A DNA stretch of 64,000 nucleotides from Escherichia phage phiSUSP1. The notes under the pieces are model-generated. The model did not search any database, had not been told where the DNA came from, and was given only the letters and a program-made list of their open reading frames with translations. This document shows, piece by piece, positions 1 through 10,489 of this stretch. The position numbers and the translations under genes were made by a program. The stretch lies in the sequence record KT454805; one strand, written 5' to 3'. Position 1 is the first letter of the stretch, and every line of letters begins with the position of its first letter.

Positions 1-170
1 AAATCTTTGCGACTTGTGCCTGAGAAAGTTTTCTTTTCTCAATTTCTTTTTCAAAACGGAATGCAACGAACTCTCTCATTTCGTCTACATCCATTGGACA
101 GATATAACTTGCCATCTCATACTCTCTATCAGCTTCCCACTTATCTTGTGGAGCATAAGGGTCAAAGACT

Positions 171-374
171 TCATTCATCTTTCTTCCTCCGTTTTCTGGA
201 AGTGTCAATCAATGAATCTATGTTTGTTGCTCTGACGTTTTCACGAGTACCATTGATATGGTCATCCAGTGCTTTATCTACCTCAGAGTCATCTGCACAG
301 TAAACTCGGAAGATAGCATAACCTTCATCGTCAAGCACTTCTCCATAGTTCTTCCTGCAATGATTCTTCTTCAT
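171..374 (-). CDS. hypothetical small protein
   Basis: 67-aa ORF co-oriented with the minus-strand block; no recognisable motif. Confidence 0.3.
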   Translation of the reverse strand: MKKNHCRKNYGEVLDDEGYAIFRVYCADDSEVDKALDDHINGTRENVRATNIDSLIDTSRKRRKKDE

Positions 375-375
375 A

Positions 376-756
376 TCATAGACCTACGCAGGTACGCTTT
401 TCAACAAAATAGTGAACACCTTTGAAAGTTTCATCCATCATTTCACTTTCAGTATCACTGACCTTCTCAATGCTCTTGGAATCAAGCAAGTCAACATCCT
501 GAGTGACCATAGCATCAGAAACAGCTTCGTAGTAGTCTGCCATCACACGATATTTGTAATCAGTAATACGGTCAGACATTTCTATGACAGTTGGAGAAGA
601 TAACGGCTTAGTTAACTCCCCAGCATCTGTTACGACTTTACGAACAATCTGACAAGCCTCCATAGAGACCTTGCTAAAGTCTGCTTCAGGCATCTTCATA
701 GCTGATGCACCAAAACTCAGAGTTGCCAGAATGACACCTACCATAAGCTTTTTCAT
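376..756 (-). CDS. small secreted protein (N-terminal signal peptide)
   Basis: MKKLMVGVILATLSFGASA hydrophobic leader; followed on the minus strand by a terminator. Confidence 0.45.
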   Translation of the reverse strand: MKKLMVGVILATLSFGASAMKMPEADFSKVSMEACQIVRKVVTDAGELTKPLSSPTVIEMSDRITDYKYRVMADYYEAVSDAMVTQDVDLLDSKSIEKVSDTESEMMDETFKGVHYFVEKRTCVGL

Positions 757-842
757 AACTCACCTCATATAAAATTTTGTATACATTCAAGTATAAAAAT
801 AAGCTATAACACCTGACTTGTCAACAGATTTTATAGCTTATT

Positions 843-966
843 TGGCAGATTTTTTATAAGGCTACTGCCATCCTTCCATACCTCACCACACAAGACCAGA
901 CCATGCCGTACTCCACTTCACAGGACCAAGCATCACTTAAAAACCCTCTTAGAAGACTCTTAAGTG
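843..966. repeat. regulatory block copy 1
   Basis: GGCTACTGCCATCC + CA-rich tract + 36-mer CATCACTTAAAAACCCTCTTAGAAGACTCTTAAGTG (931-966) identical to 2487-2522. Confidence 0.6.
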
Positions 967-971
967 GTGTA

Positions 972-1010
972 AGTCTCATTTTAATGTAGCTGAGACTAAC
1001 TACCCATACC
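972..1010. repeat. 39-bp hairpin element copy 1
   Basis: AGTCTCATTTTAATGTAGCTGAGACTAACTACCCATACC; AGTCTCA/TGAGACT inverted repeat; second copy at 1114-1152. Confidence 0.55.
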
Positions 1011-1113
1011 GAACCTTACTAAACCACACTTTACCTGACTGAACCCTACCAAACATCACCATGCCAGACCAAACCTTATTAAAAGACCCTCTTCAAAGAC
1101 CTTTTAAAAAGGT

Positions 1114-1152
1114 GAGTCTCATTTTAATGTAGCTGAGACTAACTACCCATAC
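1114..1152. repeat. 39-bp hairpin element copy 2
   Basis: identical to 972-1010. Confidence 0.55.
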
Positions 1153-1253
1153 CAAACCAGACCGCACCAGACAAAACCACGCCAAACCGCACCTTACCCA
1201 ACCTTAACACACCAGACCCAACCTTATTAAAAGACCCTGTTTAAAGACCTTTT

Positions 1254-1276
1254 AAAAAGGAGCCTCCGAAGAGGCT
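1254..1276 (-). terminator. rho-independent terminator
   Basis: minus-strand reading GTAGCCTC-TTCG-GAGGCTCC followed by TTTTT, just after stop of ORF 1288..1728. Confidence 0.55.
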
Positions 1277-1287
1277 ACCTAGTCAAC

Positions 1288-1728
1288 TTAGAAAGGCTTT
1301 CTACGTTGCTTGTTAATGTTAGCTTTCATAGCAGCTAAATGGTTTTGCTGTTCAATCAGTCGTGAACGTTCTTGATGACTAAGTGCCATAGTGTTCACAT
1401 TCTCAATTGCTTGGGTGGCTTGCTTTAAAGCTCGACCAATCTTACCAGACATTTTACGTTTTGCAATAGTTGCTTGATGTTTTGGTTCAACTACACGATA
1501 ACCCACACCCATTGAAGCAACCAGATAAATCTTTTCTTCTTTAAGAAGCTTTTCGATAAACTTCTCAAGTCGGTTTAATCGTGTCAGAGAATAAGCCTTC
1601 ATCTCATCTTCGTACTTAACAATATCACCCTGATAAGTTGGCTTCACAATACCTAAGAAGGTATCCATTTCAGAGTGTGATACAGTATCACCGTAACTAA
1701 ACTTTGCTGCTAATGCTTTTGTATTCAT
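1288..1728 (-). CDS. hypothetical protein
   Basis: 146-aa ORF, packed against upstream gene. Confidence 0.45.
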   Translation of the reverse strand: MNTKALAAKFSYGDTVSHSEMDTFLGIVKPTYQGDIVKYEDEMKAYSLTRLNRLEKFIEKLLKEEKIYLVASMGVGYRVVEPKHQATIAKRKMSGKIGRALKQATQAIENVNTMALSHQERSRLIEQQNHLAAMKANINKQRRKPF

Positions 1729-1730
1729 AA

Positions 1731-2336
<606 letters not shown>

Positions 2337-2392
2337 TTAGTTGATTGTTAAGTTGTTTGTAAAGAACCCTCAACAGAAGACTCTTTAGAAAC

Positions 2393-2522
2393 TTGGTAGA
2401 TTTTTAACGTGGCTACTACCATCCACCCACACCAGACCAAACCTAGCCTTACCCCACCGCACCTTACCGAACCACACCTTACCATACATCACTTAAAAAC
2501 CCTCTTAGAAGACTCTTAAGTG
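2393..2522. repeat. regulatory block copy 2
   Basis: GGCTACTACCATCC + ACCTTACC-type CA-rich repeats + identical 36-mer. Confidence 0.6.
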
Positions 2523-2579
2523 ATGCTGGTGAGTACCCGTTGGTTTATGCTGCTCAGTATACTCACCAAATTTTCTATG

Positions 2580-2768
2580 TCAACAACTTTCTAATAAAGT
2601 TTTATAAAGATTTTGCTTAACGACTCGCCTCACATGCCTATGCTCTTTCTTAATAAAGAGTGACCTCTTCTTGATAGAGCGCCTATTCTTGTAAGTGTTG
2701 CTAGGGTACTTATCGTGACCCGGACAACAACTGCCAGGATTTGTAAACTTGATAATCTCTCTTTTCAC
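2580..2768 (-). CDS. small basic protein
   Basis: 62-aa Lys/Arg-rich ORF, GTG start overlapping ligase stop. Confidence 0.3.
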   Translation of the reverse strand: MKREIIKFTNPGSCCPGHDKYPSNTYKNRRSIKKRSLFIKKEHRHVRRVVKQNLYKTLLESC

Positions 2769-3868
2769 TATTCATAATCCCTAATAACGAGACCAACAGG
2801 GAACTGTAAAGACCCCTTACGAGTCATCTTCTGGAACTGAACTGTCAAAGGTTTCCCGATAAACTCTTCAGGATGTTCAGCAAGATACTGTTTCTTCTCG
2901 TGTGTAGTCTTCCATGAAACATCTACAAAGACGTTAGGAAGAGTCTCTACAACGAACTTACCATGACCACGCTTATCGGTCTTCACACCAGTAATTTTAA
3001 ACTCTTCAGTGTGCATCTTCTTGTGCTTAATCAAGAAGTATGAACGGTGACCACACTCGTAGAAAGATTCTTCAGAGATTGAACGGTACATTGCACCTTC
3101 AAACTTAGCTTCAACCCACTTATCATGAGCTTCATCAAACTCTTCCCAAGAATTTACATGGATAGTCTGTACAGGAACAACTCTACAGGTATCCCCAAGC
3201 TGAACGAGAGGTGAACTGTCAATAACTTCACGACGCTCAGGCCAAGATTTTGAATTGTCACAGATATCATACCAGTAGAATTTAAGAAGGTGACGGTCTG
3301 GATTGTCAGCATTCTTAATCATAGAGACAATATCTTCTAAGTCCCAACCATGAGCATAAATCTCACCATCAAAGTCTTCAACTTGTGGATGTAATTTAAG
3401 CAACAAAAGCAAATCTGGGATTAGTTCTGTTGGAACGTTGTAAACAGTATTCTCACGAGAATAAGCCGTGAAACTAACTGAATCAGCATTCTTTGAAATC
3501 CTACAACGGACACCATCAAGTTTTGGTTGAGCATCAGCAGGGAACTTCAGATACTTTGCATGGCTAACCTTTGCAGCATCATGAGCAAGCTGTACACCAA
3601 CCTTCTCAACACACTCTGCTTCAGATTTTGTGTAAGCGTAACCTTTACGGTCAACCTGTTTCTTGTACTTAGCAGCAACTTCAAAGAGAGCTTGCTGTTC
3701 AGCATTACGCTCATTCTTTTTACCGATGTTTTTCGGTTCTGCTGTGTACTCTTCAAACATCATCTTGCCATTTTCTTTACCGTAAGTTGTGACAACTTTA
3801 TCACCTACGGCAACACATGACCAGACGTTGAAAGAACCATCTTTATTTTGTTTGTACAGGATTGTCAT
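2768..3868 (-). CDS. ATP-dependent DNA ligase
   Basis: adenylation motif KLDGVR, DGEIY, EGAMY, FLIKHK; 366 aa. Confidence 0.85.
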   Translation of the reverse strand: MTILYKQNKDGSFNVWSCVAVGDKVVTTYGKENGKMMFEEYTAEPKNIGKKNERNAEQQALFEVAAKYKKQVDRKGYAYTKSEAECVEKVGVQLAHDAAKVSHAKYLKFPADAQPKLDGVRCRISKNADSVSFTAYSRENTVYNVPTELIPDLLLLLKLHPQVEDFDGEIYAHGWDLEDIVSMIKNADNPDRHLLKFYWYDICDNSKSWPERREVIDSSPLVQLGDTCRVVPVQTIHVNSWEEFDEAHDKWVEAKFEGAMYRSISEESFYECGHRSYFLIKHKKMHTEEFKITGVKTDKRGHGKFVVETLPNVFVDVSWKTTHEKKQYLAEHPEEFIGKPLTVQFQKMTRKGSLQFPVGLVIRDYE

Positions 3869-4053
3869 TACATCTCCTTGCTCTTATCTAAGAATCTTGC
3901 ACCGCAGCTATTACATTCATATAAACCTAATTTTGTGTTGTCAGGTTTATGAAAGCAATTACACCCACATTTGCAAGAGAACTCACCACCAGCTACTGTG
4001 ATTATGAACGTCTCAATGTTTCCGTCTTCAGTTCTTACAGGTTCTGTTTTCAT
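3868..4053 (-). CDS. small Zn-ribbon protein
   Basis: CKCGCNC...CNSC cysteine clusters; 61 aa. Confidence 0.4.
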   Translation of the reverse strand: MKTEPVRTEDGNIETFIITVAGGEFSCKCGCNCFHKPDNTKLGLYECNSCGARFLDKSKEM

Positions 4054-4256
4054 TTTCTCTTACCACCAATTTCTACATCAATAACCTGAACATCACCAGC
4101 AACATCAAACTTGTGAATGACATTTTCTACAGTGTAAGTCCAACCTTCAATATGAACCCATTCACCTTCTCGTGGTACGATTGGATTACGTTGAGCCACC
4201 GTTGTAGTAGAATGAACAACATCATAACGGTAGATATAGTTTACTAAAACTTGCAT
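4050..4256 (-). CDS. hypothetical small protein
   Basis: 68-aa ORF, 4-nt overlap with neighbour. Confidence 0.35.
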   Translation of the reverse strand: MQVLVNYIYRYDVVHSTTTVAQRNPIVPREGEWVHIEGWTYTVENVIHKFDVAGDVQVIDVEIGGKRK

Positions 4257-4264
4257 AATTTTCC

Positions 4265-4492
4265 TTAAAAGAATAAGTCAGAGGCTTTTGGAGAATCTTG
4301 CACAAGACCCCACTCAGATTTCTGCCAATCAAGGCCACGATACCATGAAGCCATCGGGTAACCCATTTCACAGACAATCTTTCCATCTTTCATTTCAAAG
4401 AACTCATCAGATGTGAAGTTCTCATTACGTACTTTCTTACCTTGCTTCATTGCTTCAACAGCTTCTTCAAAAGTCATTTTTGGTTTCTCCAA
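4265..4492 (-). CDS. hypothetical small protein
   Basis: 75-aa ORF in co-oriented operon. Confidence 0.35.
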   Translation of the reverse strand: MEKPKMTFEEAVEAMKQGKKVRNENFTSDEFFEMKDGKIVCEMGYPMASWYRGLDWQKSEWGLVQDSPKASDLFF

Positions 4493-4495
4493 TAC

Positions 4496-4708
4496 TTAAA
4501 AGTTAATGTCGATGCGTTCACCCTTAAGGACTCCAGTGCGGTCTCTTGCAATCTTACCGTCAACAATAAGGATATGTGCAGCCCTTAAAGAGTCACGATT
4601 AAAACCTTTTACGAACTTACTAGGCATCACTACAATGAGCATCTCCTGAATCAACTCTGGAGTGTAGCAGTTGTCGTGAAGTTGTTGGATAACGTCTGAA
4701 AGTGTCAT
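4496..4708 (-). CDS. hypothetical small protein
   Basis: 70-aa ORF in co-oriented operon. Confidence 0.35.
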   Translation of the reverse strand: MTLSDVIQQLHDNCYTPELIQEMLIVVMPSKFVKGFNRDSLRAAHILIVDGKIARDRTGVLKGERIDINF

Positions 4709-4759
4709 AAACCCTCCTATACAAGATACAGTATAAGGTACTCTTCCATGAGCACCTTG

Positions 4760-5287
4760 TCAACTTAGTTTTGCAAACTCTCCGTGAAGTTTCATAGAAG
4801 CTTCACAGTAAGCTTTATGGGCTTCTTCAGGGGTGTCATAGTAGCCTAATGACATCTTTTTACCTTTATAGCTTATTTGCGCAACCCACCTACCAGACTT
4901 CTTCTTCAGGCTTACACCCTTATAGCCTGATTTATTGGTGGATAGTTTGCTTTTATTCCAAGCACTTTGGCAGTCGTCTGCTTCTCTTAAGTTTACAATC
5001 CTGTTATCAAGGGAGTCCCCATTACTATGGTCAATAACACCTTTAGGTAACCTACCATACACGTACAGCCATGCGAGTCTGTGCGCTTTATGTGCTTTCT
5101 TGTCAAAATAGATAGTAATCTGCTTATGACCAGTTGAGTCAATCTGGAGGCTTCCCGCTACCTGTCCTGCGTACTGGCTATTAAAAACTTTAACAGCCTT
5201 TGAGTCGCCCTCTCTACGAAGCCAAGTAAAGACCCCTATTTCGGGGTCATAGTGTAGTAGTTCCTTTAAACGTTCTTGTGTAATCAT
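4760..5287 (-). CDS. HNH homing endonuclease with AP2 DNA-binding domain
   Basis: HRLAWLYVYG...DHSNGDSLDNRIVNLR (HNH_3) plus YKGVS...GYYDTPEEAHKAY (AP2); inserted between ligase and polymerase. Confidence 0.8.
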   Translation of the reverse strand: MITQERLKELLHYDPEIGVFTWLRREGDSKAVKVFNSQYAGQVAGSLQIDSTGHKQITIYFDKKAHKAHRLAWLYVYGRLPKGVIDHSNGDSLDNRIVNLREADDCQSAWNKSKLSTNKSGYKGVSLKKKSGRWVAQISYKGKKMSLGYYDTPEEAHKAYCEASMKLHGEFAKLS

Positions 5288-5297
5288 TTTGTCACCA

Positions 5298-7997
5298 TTA
5301 ATGCACTTCCAACCACGATTTACCGACCTTACCAGTACCAGTTACCAGTGTTTTACTCTTTAGTCCTAAGTTCTTAGAGGCTTGCCCGTAATACCAATCA
5401 GTGACAGCCTTCACCTCTGCCGTCATACTTTCTGGACATTCCCAACTTGTCTCATCGTGATAGGAGCACAATAAACGAGCACCTATAGCTGGTTTACGAC
5501 CGTTCAACTTCATCAAACCTTCGTCAATCATACGACGGCAAGCAAGGTTAATTGCCTCGTTCTGAATCTGGCTTTCCGAACCCATGAGCAAGTAGTTCAA
5601 CAGTTTGTGTGGAGACTTACACCACAACCATGCTCCAGCAACCTTGACAAAACCACCTTTAGCAATTGCAGCAGTCTTACCAAATACCTCTTCAAGTGCT
5701 TTCTTAGTTGCTTTAAAGTCAGCTTCCAAGTCATCTAACAGTTTCTTAATCTTCGGCAAACGCACAAAGTAAGTCTGTTTAGTCAATGCACCTTCCTGAG
5801 TAGTCGCAGCTTTAATCGTCTTAGCAAACTTCTCATCACCAGCACCAAACAGCAACGCATAGATGCCATTCTTAGCTTTCTTACGACCTTTACTAATTTC
5901 GTGAAGAAGATTTTCATCCTGAGTCATACGACAAGTCAAGATGTCTTGTTCTTCGTTCAAACTGAAGTAGATACTGTTCAGTGTATGAGCATCAGTGCCT
6001 GAGTAAACTACGTACAAATCGTTTTCAGAGTCATAACGCAGATACTTATCAACTTCTGGATTCAGGTATTCGTCAAAGTGTTTGCAGTAATATCTGCCAT
6101 CTTCCTGACGGATAAACTCAATCTCTTCTTTACCTTGAGTTACCGCTTTGGTGAACTCTTTGTCACCCATAAAGTTACACAGCAAAACAAGCTGTGCAGA
6201 GTTCATGTCAACGGAAACTACGTTGGTTCCTTCTTCACAAATCCAGACTGCCCTCATTGGTTCACCGTAAACAGCAGCCCCAGAAGGTACGTTCACAATC
6301 CCGTATTGTGTCATACGTCCAGTTGAAGTACCAAACACCATTGCACCAGCACTCAAACGACCATCTGGACGAATCTGGTTTAACCAACCCTTTTCATCAT
6401 CCTTTGAGTTCTCAATAGTCCTGCGTCGGTGCATCAAAGTGTAGTACTTCGCAATCTTCTGTCCAAGTTCACCTTCAATCGTATCATAAGATGATTCAGT
6501 CAGTTTCGGTGAAGTACGAATCAAGCAAGGCTCAAGCAAATCTGTGTACTTCTTCACAGACCAGTTGTGTTCGATGTACTGTACACCTTCATGCTCAACA
6601 TAGTTCAACCCGCAACGGTCTACCATCTCTTGCCATTTCGGATGTTTACGAATCATCTTCTTGTTGTCTTTGAAGCGACAAACCTTCACCGGACGACCAT
6701 CAGAATCTTTCTTGTAGTTCCAGTCATCAGGAATCCAGCCAAGAGTTTTCAGATAATCCTTCACAACCGCAACCTGAGTCATGCGTGAAACTTCAAACTC
6801 AATTGGTGTATAAGGTGCATCAATCAAACCTGTGTAACGACTTGACTCAAGTTCGAAGTGGTTTACTACGTGATTGTTGTAGTACTTCACAGTCTTCACA
6901 GTCTTAACTGGTTTCCAGTCTTTGCACTTCTTATCAATCGCAGCATTCAACTCGTTACAAACTGCACGAGCATCTTTCATTGCCACGAAACCTTCTTTGT
7001 ACTCTTCTCCAGTAACCGTGTTAGTTGGAGTGTAGCAGTTACGCTTCTCAATGTTGAAAATCTTGGTAGTTGGTTTACCAAAAGGTTTGATAGCGTAAGT
7101 CTGCATCTCACCATTACGAACCTGCTGACGGAACTTAGTTTTTGGATACTTAGTGATGCGCTTCAGACCATCTGCTTCACCAAATGTCTCAACGTACTCG
7201 TTCCAAGCTTTTGCAAACTCTTCACCAGTGACTTTACCTTTCGTCTTAATAGTCGGTGGCAGATGAGGCTCAACTTCAGCAGCTAATTCATCAGTCATTC
7301 TGTCAAGTTCTTTGACATGGAACTGCATAAGTTCAATATCAGCTTTCCAACCGTTGATAGCTTGCTGACTCATCCAGAAAGATGTTTCTTTAGCTCGCAT
7401 GTAGGTTTCGTAAGTGTCTACACCACACTTCTTCAACTTCAGGTATTCATTATCAAGAGCACGTTTAGCTTTGGCGTTGATTCGAATATCCTCAACAACA
7501 CGGTTCAGAATGTCAGCATTCCAGACACCCCACTCTTCAATCTCTGGCTTACGAACACCAACACGAGCACCCCATGCAGCCAAACCATGAGCACCTTTGT
7601 AACCTTTCGGTGTAGGTCTATCCATCCACTGAACACGAGACTGGATAAGAGAATCCTGAAAGAAGTCTCCCCAAGGTTTACACTTCGGATTATCAAAGTT
7701 CCATAAGTCTGGTGCAATGTGGTTAAACACCCACCAGTCATAGCCAAGACCGTTATGAATGCAGAGACGTTTTGCCTTAAGAGCAAACTCCACACCTTCA
7801 CGAAGACCACCTTTGATGTACTTAGTACACTTGTGACCAAGGATAGGTTCATCGGTGAAGACCCACACAGCAGGTTCGTCACTGTCATCTTTGTAATCTG
7901 CAAATGCCATTACGTGTGCTTTTGTGAACTCAAGGAGTAACCCATCAGTTTCGGTATCACCTACCAAGTGCAAGTTTTCAAAATCTACGTTTTCCAT
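5298..7997 (-). CDS. DNA polymerase, family A (T7-like) with 3'-5' exonuclease domain
   Basis: 899 aa; N-terminal VGDTETDGL exo motif; YALLFGAGDEKFAKT resembles T7 gp5 FIYGFLYGAGDEKIGQ; SYHDETSWECP resembles T7 WVHDEIQVGC. Confidence 0.9.
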   Translation of the reverse strand: MENVDFENLHLVGDTETDGLLLEFTKAHVMAFADYKDDSDEPAVWVFTDEPILGHKCTKYIKGGLREGVEFALKAKRLCIHNGLGYDWWVFNHIAPDLWNFDNPKCKPWGDFFQDSLIQSRVQWMDRPTPKGYKGAHGLAAWGARVGVRKPEIEEWGVWNADILNRVVEDIRINAKAKRALDNEYLKLKKCGVDTYETYMRAKETSFWMSQQAINGWKADIELMQFHVKELDRMTDELAAEVEPHLPPTIKTKGKVTGEEFAKAWNEYVETFGEADGLKRITKYPKTKFRQQVRNGEMQTYAIKPFGKPTTKIFNIEKRNCYTPTNTVTGEEYKEGFVAMKDARAVCNELNAAIDKKCKDWKPVKTVKTVKYYNNHVVNHFELESSRYTGLIDAPYTPIEFEVSRMTQVAVVKDYLKTLGWIPDDWNYKKDSDGRPVKVCRFKDNKKMIRKHPKWQEMVDRCGLNYVEHEGVQYIEHNWSVKKYTDLLEPCLIRTSPKLTESSYDTIEGELGQKIAKYYTLMHRRRTIENSKDDEKGWLNQIRPDGRLSAGAMVFGTSTGRMTQYGIVNVPSGAAVYGEPMRAVWICEEGTNVVSVDMNSAQLVLLCNFMGDKEFTKAVTQGKEEIEFIRQEDGRYYCKHFDEYLNPEVDKYLRYDSENDLYVVYSGTDAHTLNSIYFSLNEEQDILTCRMTQDENLLHEISKGRKKAKNGIYALLFGAGDEKFAKTIKAATTQEGALTKQTYFVRLPKIKKLLDDLEADFKATKKALEEVFGKTAAIAKGGFVKVAGAWLWCKSPHKLLNYLLMGSESQIQNEAINLACRRMIDEGLMKLNGRKPAIGARLLCSYHDETSWECPESMTAEVKAVTDWYYGQASKNLGLKSKTLVTGTGKVGKSWLEVH

Positions 7998-8048
7998 TTT
8001 TACTCCCTCTCAAAATCATTGACTCAATACATTACTGCAAAAAGTTTC

Positions 8049-8078
8049 AAAAAGCAAGTTGACAATTCACTTGACAAG
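8049..8078 (+). promoter_or_regulatory. sigma70-like promoter (tandem TTGACA boxes, TGnTAATCT)
   Basis: TTGACA at 8049 and 8061; extended -10 TGtTAATCT; divergent control region between DNA pol and plus-strand block. Confidence 0.4.
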
Positions 8079-8194
8079 GTGTTAATCTTTGCGAAGTGGG
8101 TTTTAACTTAAAAGACTCCCTTTACAGATTAACTATACAGTTTCTTTAAAACCCTTAAAAGATTTTTAATAGCTTTTAAGAAGCTTTAAAGTTA

Positions 8195-8211
8195 TACGTA
8201 TAGAATACGTA
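8195..8211. promoter_or_regulatory. perfect inverted repeat TACGTAT-aga-ATACGTA (operator candidate)
   Basis: 7-bp arms with 3-bp spacer, 45 bp upstream of ORF 8255. Confidence 0.35.
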
Positions 8212-8254
8212 AAGAAAACAGATTAAGTTTAATAGGTACTTAAAAGAGGGCATT

Positions 8255-8677
8255 ATGCAGAGAATGTTTGTTCACCCAGACATAGCTGACTTCATGAGAG
8301 CTTTAAAAAAGTTGGAAGAACTTGACATTGCTGCTCAAAAGGAATACGCTTACCATCATCGTCGAATGGTTGATGTTCAACATGAGATTGAACTCTCCGA
8401 AGGCTACGATGAAAGAATGAAATGTTCAGTCTTTGAGCATATGAAGGAGATATCGGCTGAGAGGCGTAAAGCAAAAGATACACTCTTCTTGATAGATTCT
8501 TTAAAAAAGAAGTTGCAAAACGGAACAGACTTAGATAACCTAGCAACACTGATTAGCGATGTAGAAAGTTCATGGGATAGACATTACTTCCCAAGGTCTG
8601 AAAAAGTTCTTGACTTTTCCTCTACAGAGAGCTTAAAGTTATCACGACAAACACTTAACAAAATGAGAGAGAATTAA
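8255..8677 (+). CDS. hypothetical protein
   Basis: 140-aa ORF, first gene of plus-strand block. Confidence 0.4.
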   Translation: MQRMFVHPDIADFMRALKKLEELDIAAQKEYAYHHRRMVDVQHEIELSEGYDERMKCSVFEHMKEISAERRKAKDTLFLIDSLKKKLQNGTDLDNLATLISDVESSWDRHYFPRSEKVLDFSSTESLKLSRQTLNKMREN

Positions 8678-8678
8678 T

Positions 8679-9482
8679 ATGACTACTGTAAATGAAATGC
8701 TGGCCTCTAAAGGTATCGATAGCAACTTTATGCTGAACACTATTGAAAGCCTTGCTATCGTTATGCGTAGCAACACCTTCAGTTCACAAGTAATTCCTGA
8801 ATCTTATCAGGTTAACGCAGAGATTTCTGATGAGTCAGCATTTCGCTCACAGGTTGAACTGCTTCTGAATAACCGTCAACTGGCTCTGGCTTCAGTGGCT
8901 GTTGGTGTAGATGCCTTGGCTGGTTATGTCTTTGACAAGATGCAAACTGGCGACTACAAAGTTCTCTCTGAAGAAGAGAAAGAAGCACTGCTTGAGTTCA
9001 CTGAAGACGACACCTTCAACCTGATTATCAACTCAATTGCAAGCGTGATGGCTGTACTTGAGAAACGTGTTACAGAAAAACTCCCACACTATGAAAAACT
9101 TGATTGGGGTTTTGCAGATATCTTTGAGCGTTCACAGGAAATGGTGAAGCTGACTAAAGAGCAACTTCAAGAGGTTGTTGACAATGAAGCTGAACGTGGA
9201 ATTGATGAGATTCAGGTCAAACTGACCGCTCTGGTTCCTTCAATCATCACAGTGATGAGTATTCACGCTCTGTTCGAAGTTGCAGGTATGATTGATGCAC
9301 CTATTGAGTTTGTGGAGCAGATTGCTGGTAATGTAAGTGGTGAAGCACTGCGTGAAGTGATTATGCAAACTGGTGCGGCAGTTCTTCAAGACAAGATTGC
9401 CATCCACTTCGGTGATGAATTTGTAGCAACTATTCAGGCTCTGTCTGAAAAAGAAAAGCTTGATTCTACACAAATTCACTAA
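8679..9482 (+). CDS. hypothetical acidic protein
   Basis: 267-aa ORF, 1-nt gap to upstream gene. Confidence 0.4.
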   Translation: MTTVNEMLASKGIDSNFMLNTIESLAIVMRSNTFSSQVIPESYQVNAEISDESAFRSQVELLLNNRQLALASVAVGVDALAGYVFDKMQTGDYKVLSEEEKEALLEFTEDDTFNLIINSIASVMAVLEKRVTEKLPHYEKLDWGFADIFERSQEMVKLTKEQLQEVVDNEAERGIDEIQVKLTALVPSIITVMSIHALFEVAGMIDAPIEFVEQIAGNVSGEALREVIMQTGAAVLQDKIAIHFGDEFVATIQALSEKEKLDSTQIH

Positions 9483-9493
9483 TAGAATTGTTT

Positions 9494-9525
9494 TCCCAAA
9501 GCCTCCTTAATTGGGGGCTTTTTCG
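9494..9525 (+). terminator. rho-independent terminator (terminator-RBS cassette)
   Basis: hairpin ending GGGGGCTTTTT followed by CGTATGGAGATA RBS; near-identical cassette at 13815-13862. Confidence 0.45.
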
Positions 9526-9542
9526 TATGGAGATAAAGGTAT

Positions 9543-10286
9543 ATGAAAAGTATTATTGCATTTACTGGAAAGGCTCGTTCTGGTAAGGACACTTCCTGCA
9601 TGTTGACAAAGAACTTTCTTCAAGAAGAAGAAGGTTACAACGTTCACATCTTTGCTTTTGCAGACAGTTTAAAAGAATCTGCTGCATACATCTTTGGGCT
9701 TGACTGGAATGATTTGTATGGCGAAACTAAAGAGACACCTCAAAAGTTCAACTTGAGATTCTCTGACTTGTACTTTGCAGTTCAATGTTCACTTGAACAA
9801 GTATTCCCACACAAAAACTTACACCTTGACGTTAAGCTATGTGGTGAACTAACTGGACGATTAATCATGGAACTGAAGAAGGTTGCTAAACCGACTATCT
9901 TAACCAGAATGGGGCTTAGTAAAACTTATAAGTTCTCTTCACGTCAGATTCAACAAATCTGGGGGACTGAAGTTGTCAGGAAGGTTCTTGGAGAGAAGTT
10001 CTGGATTCGTGACCTTGCTGAAAGGATGGAAAGATTCTTTGAGTCGTGCTCAAGAAATAACCAGTATGGCATCGCATTGATTAGTGACTTGCGATTTGAC
10101 CATGAAGCAGAGTTCTTAAAGTCTTTTGACAGCCAAATCATTGAGGTAAAAAGAGACAATCAGGTTAAGGTTTCATCACATAAATCAGAAAATGGAATTT
10201 CTACCAAATTTGAACGTGACATTATTCAAAACAATGGTAGTCTTGAAGACCTCGAAAATAAGTTGAAAGCTATTATCATTAAATAA
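9543..10286 (+). CDS. deoxynucleoside monophosphate kinase (T4 gp1-like)
   Basis: P-loop GKARSGKDT like T4 gp1 GVKRSGKDT; C-terminal NNGSLEDLENKLKAII like T4 NDGSLEELFSKIKNTL. Confidence 0.8.
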   Translation: MKSIIAFTGKARSGKDTSCMLTKNFLQEEEGYNVHIFAFADSLKESAAYIFGLDWNDLYGETKETPQKFNLRFSDLYFAVQCSLEQVFPHKNLHLDVKLCGELTGRLIMELKKVAKPTILTRMGLSKTYKFSSRQIQQIWGTEVVRKVLGEKFWIRDLAERMERFFESCSRNNQYGIALISDLRFDHEAEFLKSFDSQIIEVKRDNQVKVSSHKSENGISTKFERDIIQNNGSLEDLENKLKAIIIK

Positions 10287-10291
10287 GAGAG

Positions 10292-10489
10292 ATGAAGATG
10301 AGAGTGAATAATTTAGAAGTTGTTGACCATCGTTCGGTGGAACTCTCATCTCTTTCCAAGGAAGTTATGATGGAGCGGCTTGAAAGGGTCGCTTCAAGAC
10401 GGAAAGAGATTGCAGAAGAGATTCACGAGCTAGACAAGATTGAAAATGGCTTGAAAGCAGAACTAAAACGCAGAGGTGCTAATGTCTAA
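10292..10489 (+). CDS. hypothetical small protein
   Basis: 65-aa coiled-coil-like ORF. Confidence 0.3.
   Translation: MKMRVNNLEVVDHRSVELSSLSKEVMMERLERVASRRKEIAEEIHELDKIENGLKAELKRRGANV

Noticed and set aside
7-303. Plus-strand ORFs 7..303 and 14..235 at the window start
   Set aside because: Opposite strand to the local minus-strand block, overlap the better-supported minus-strand ORFs, low-complexity translations, no RBS.
6078-7940. Multiple plus- and minus-strand ORFs (60-142 aa) inside the DNA polymerase gene
   Set aside because: Fully nested within an 899-aa gene that has clear family-A polymerase motifs; typical antisense or alternate-frame artefacts.
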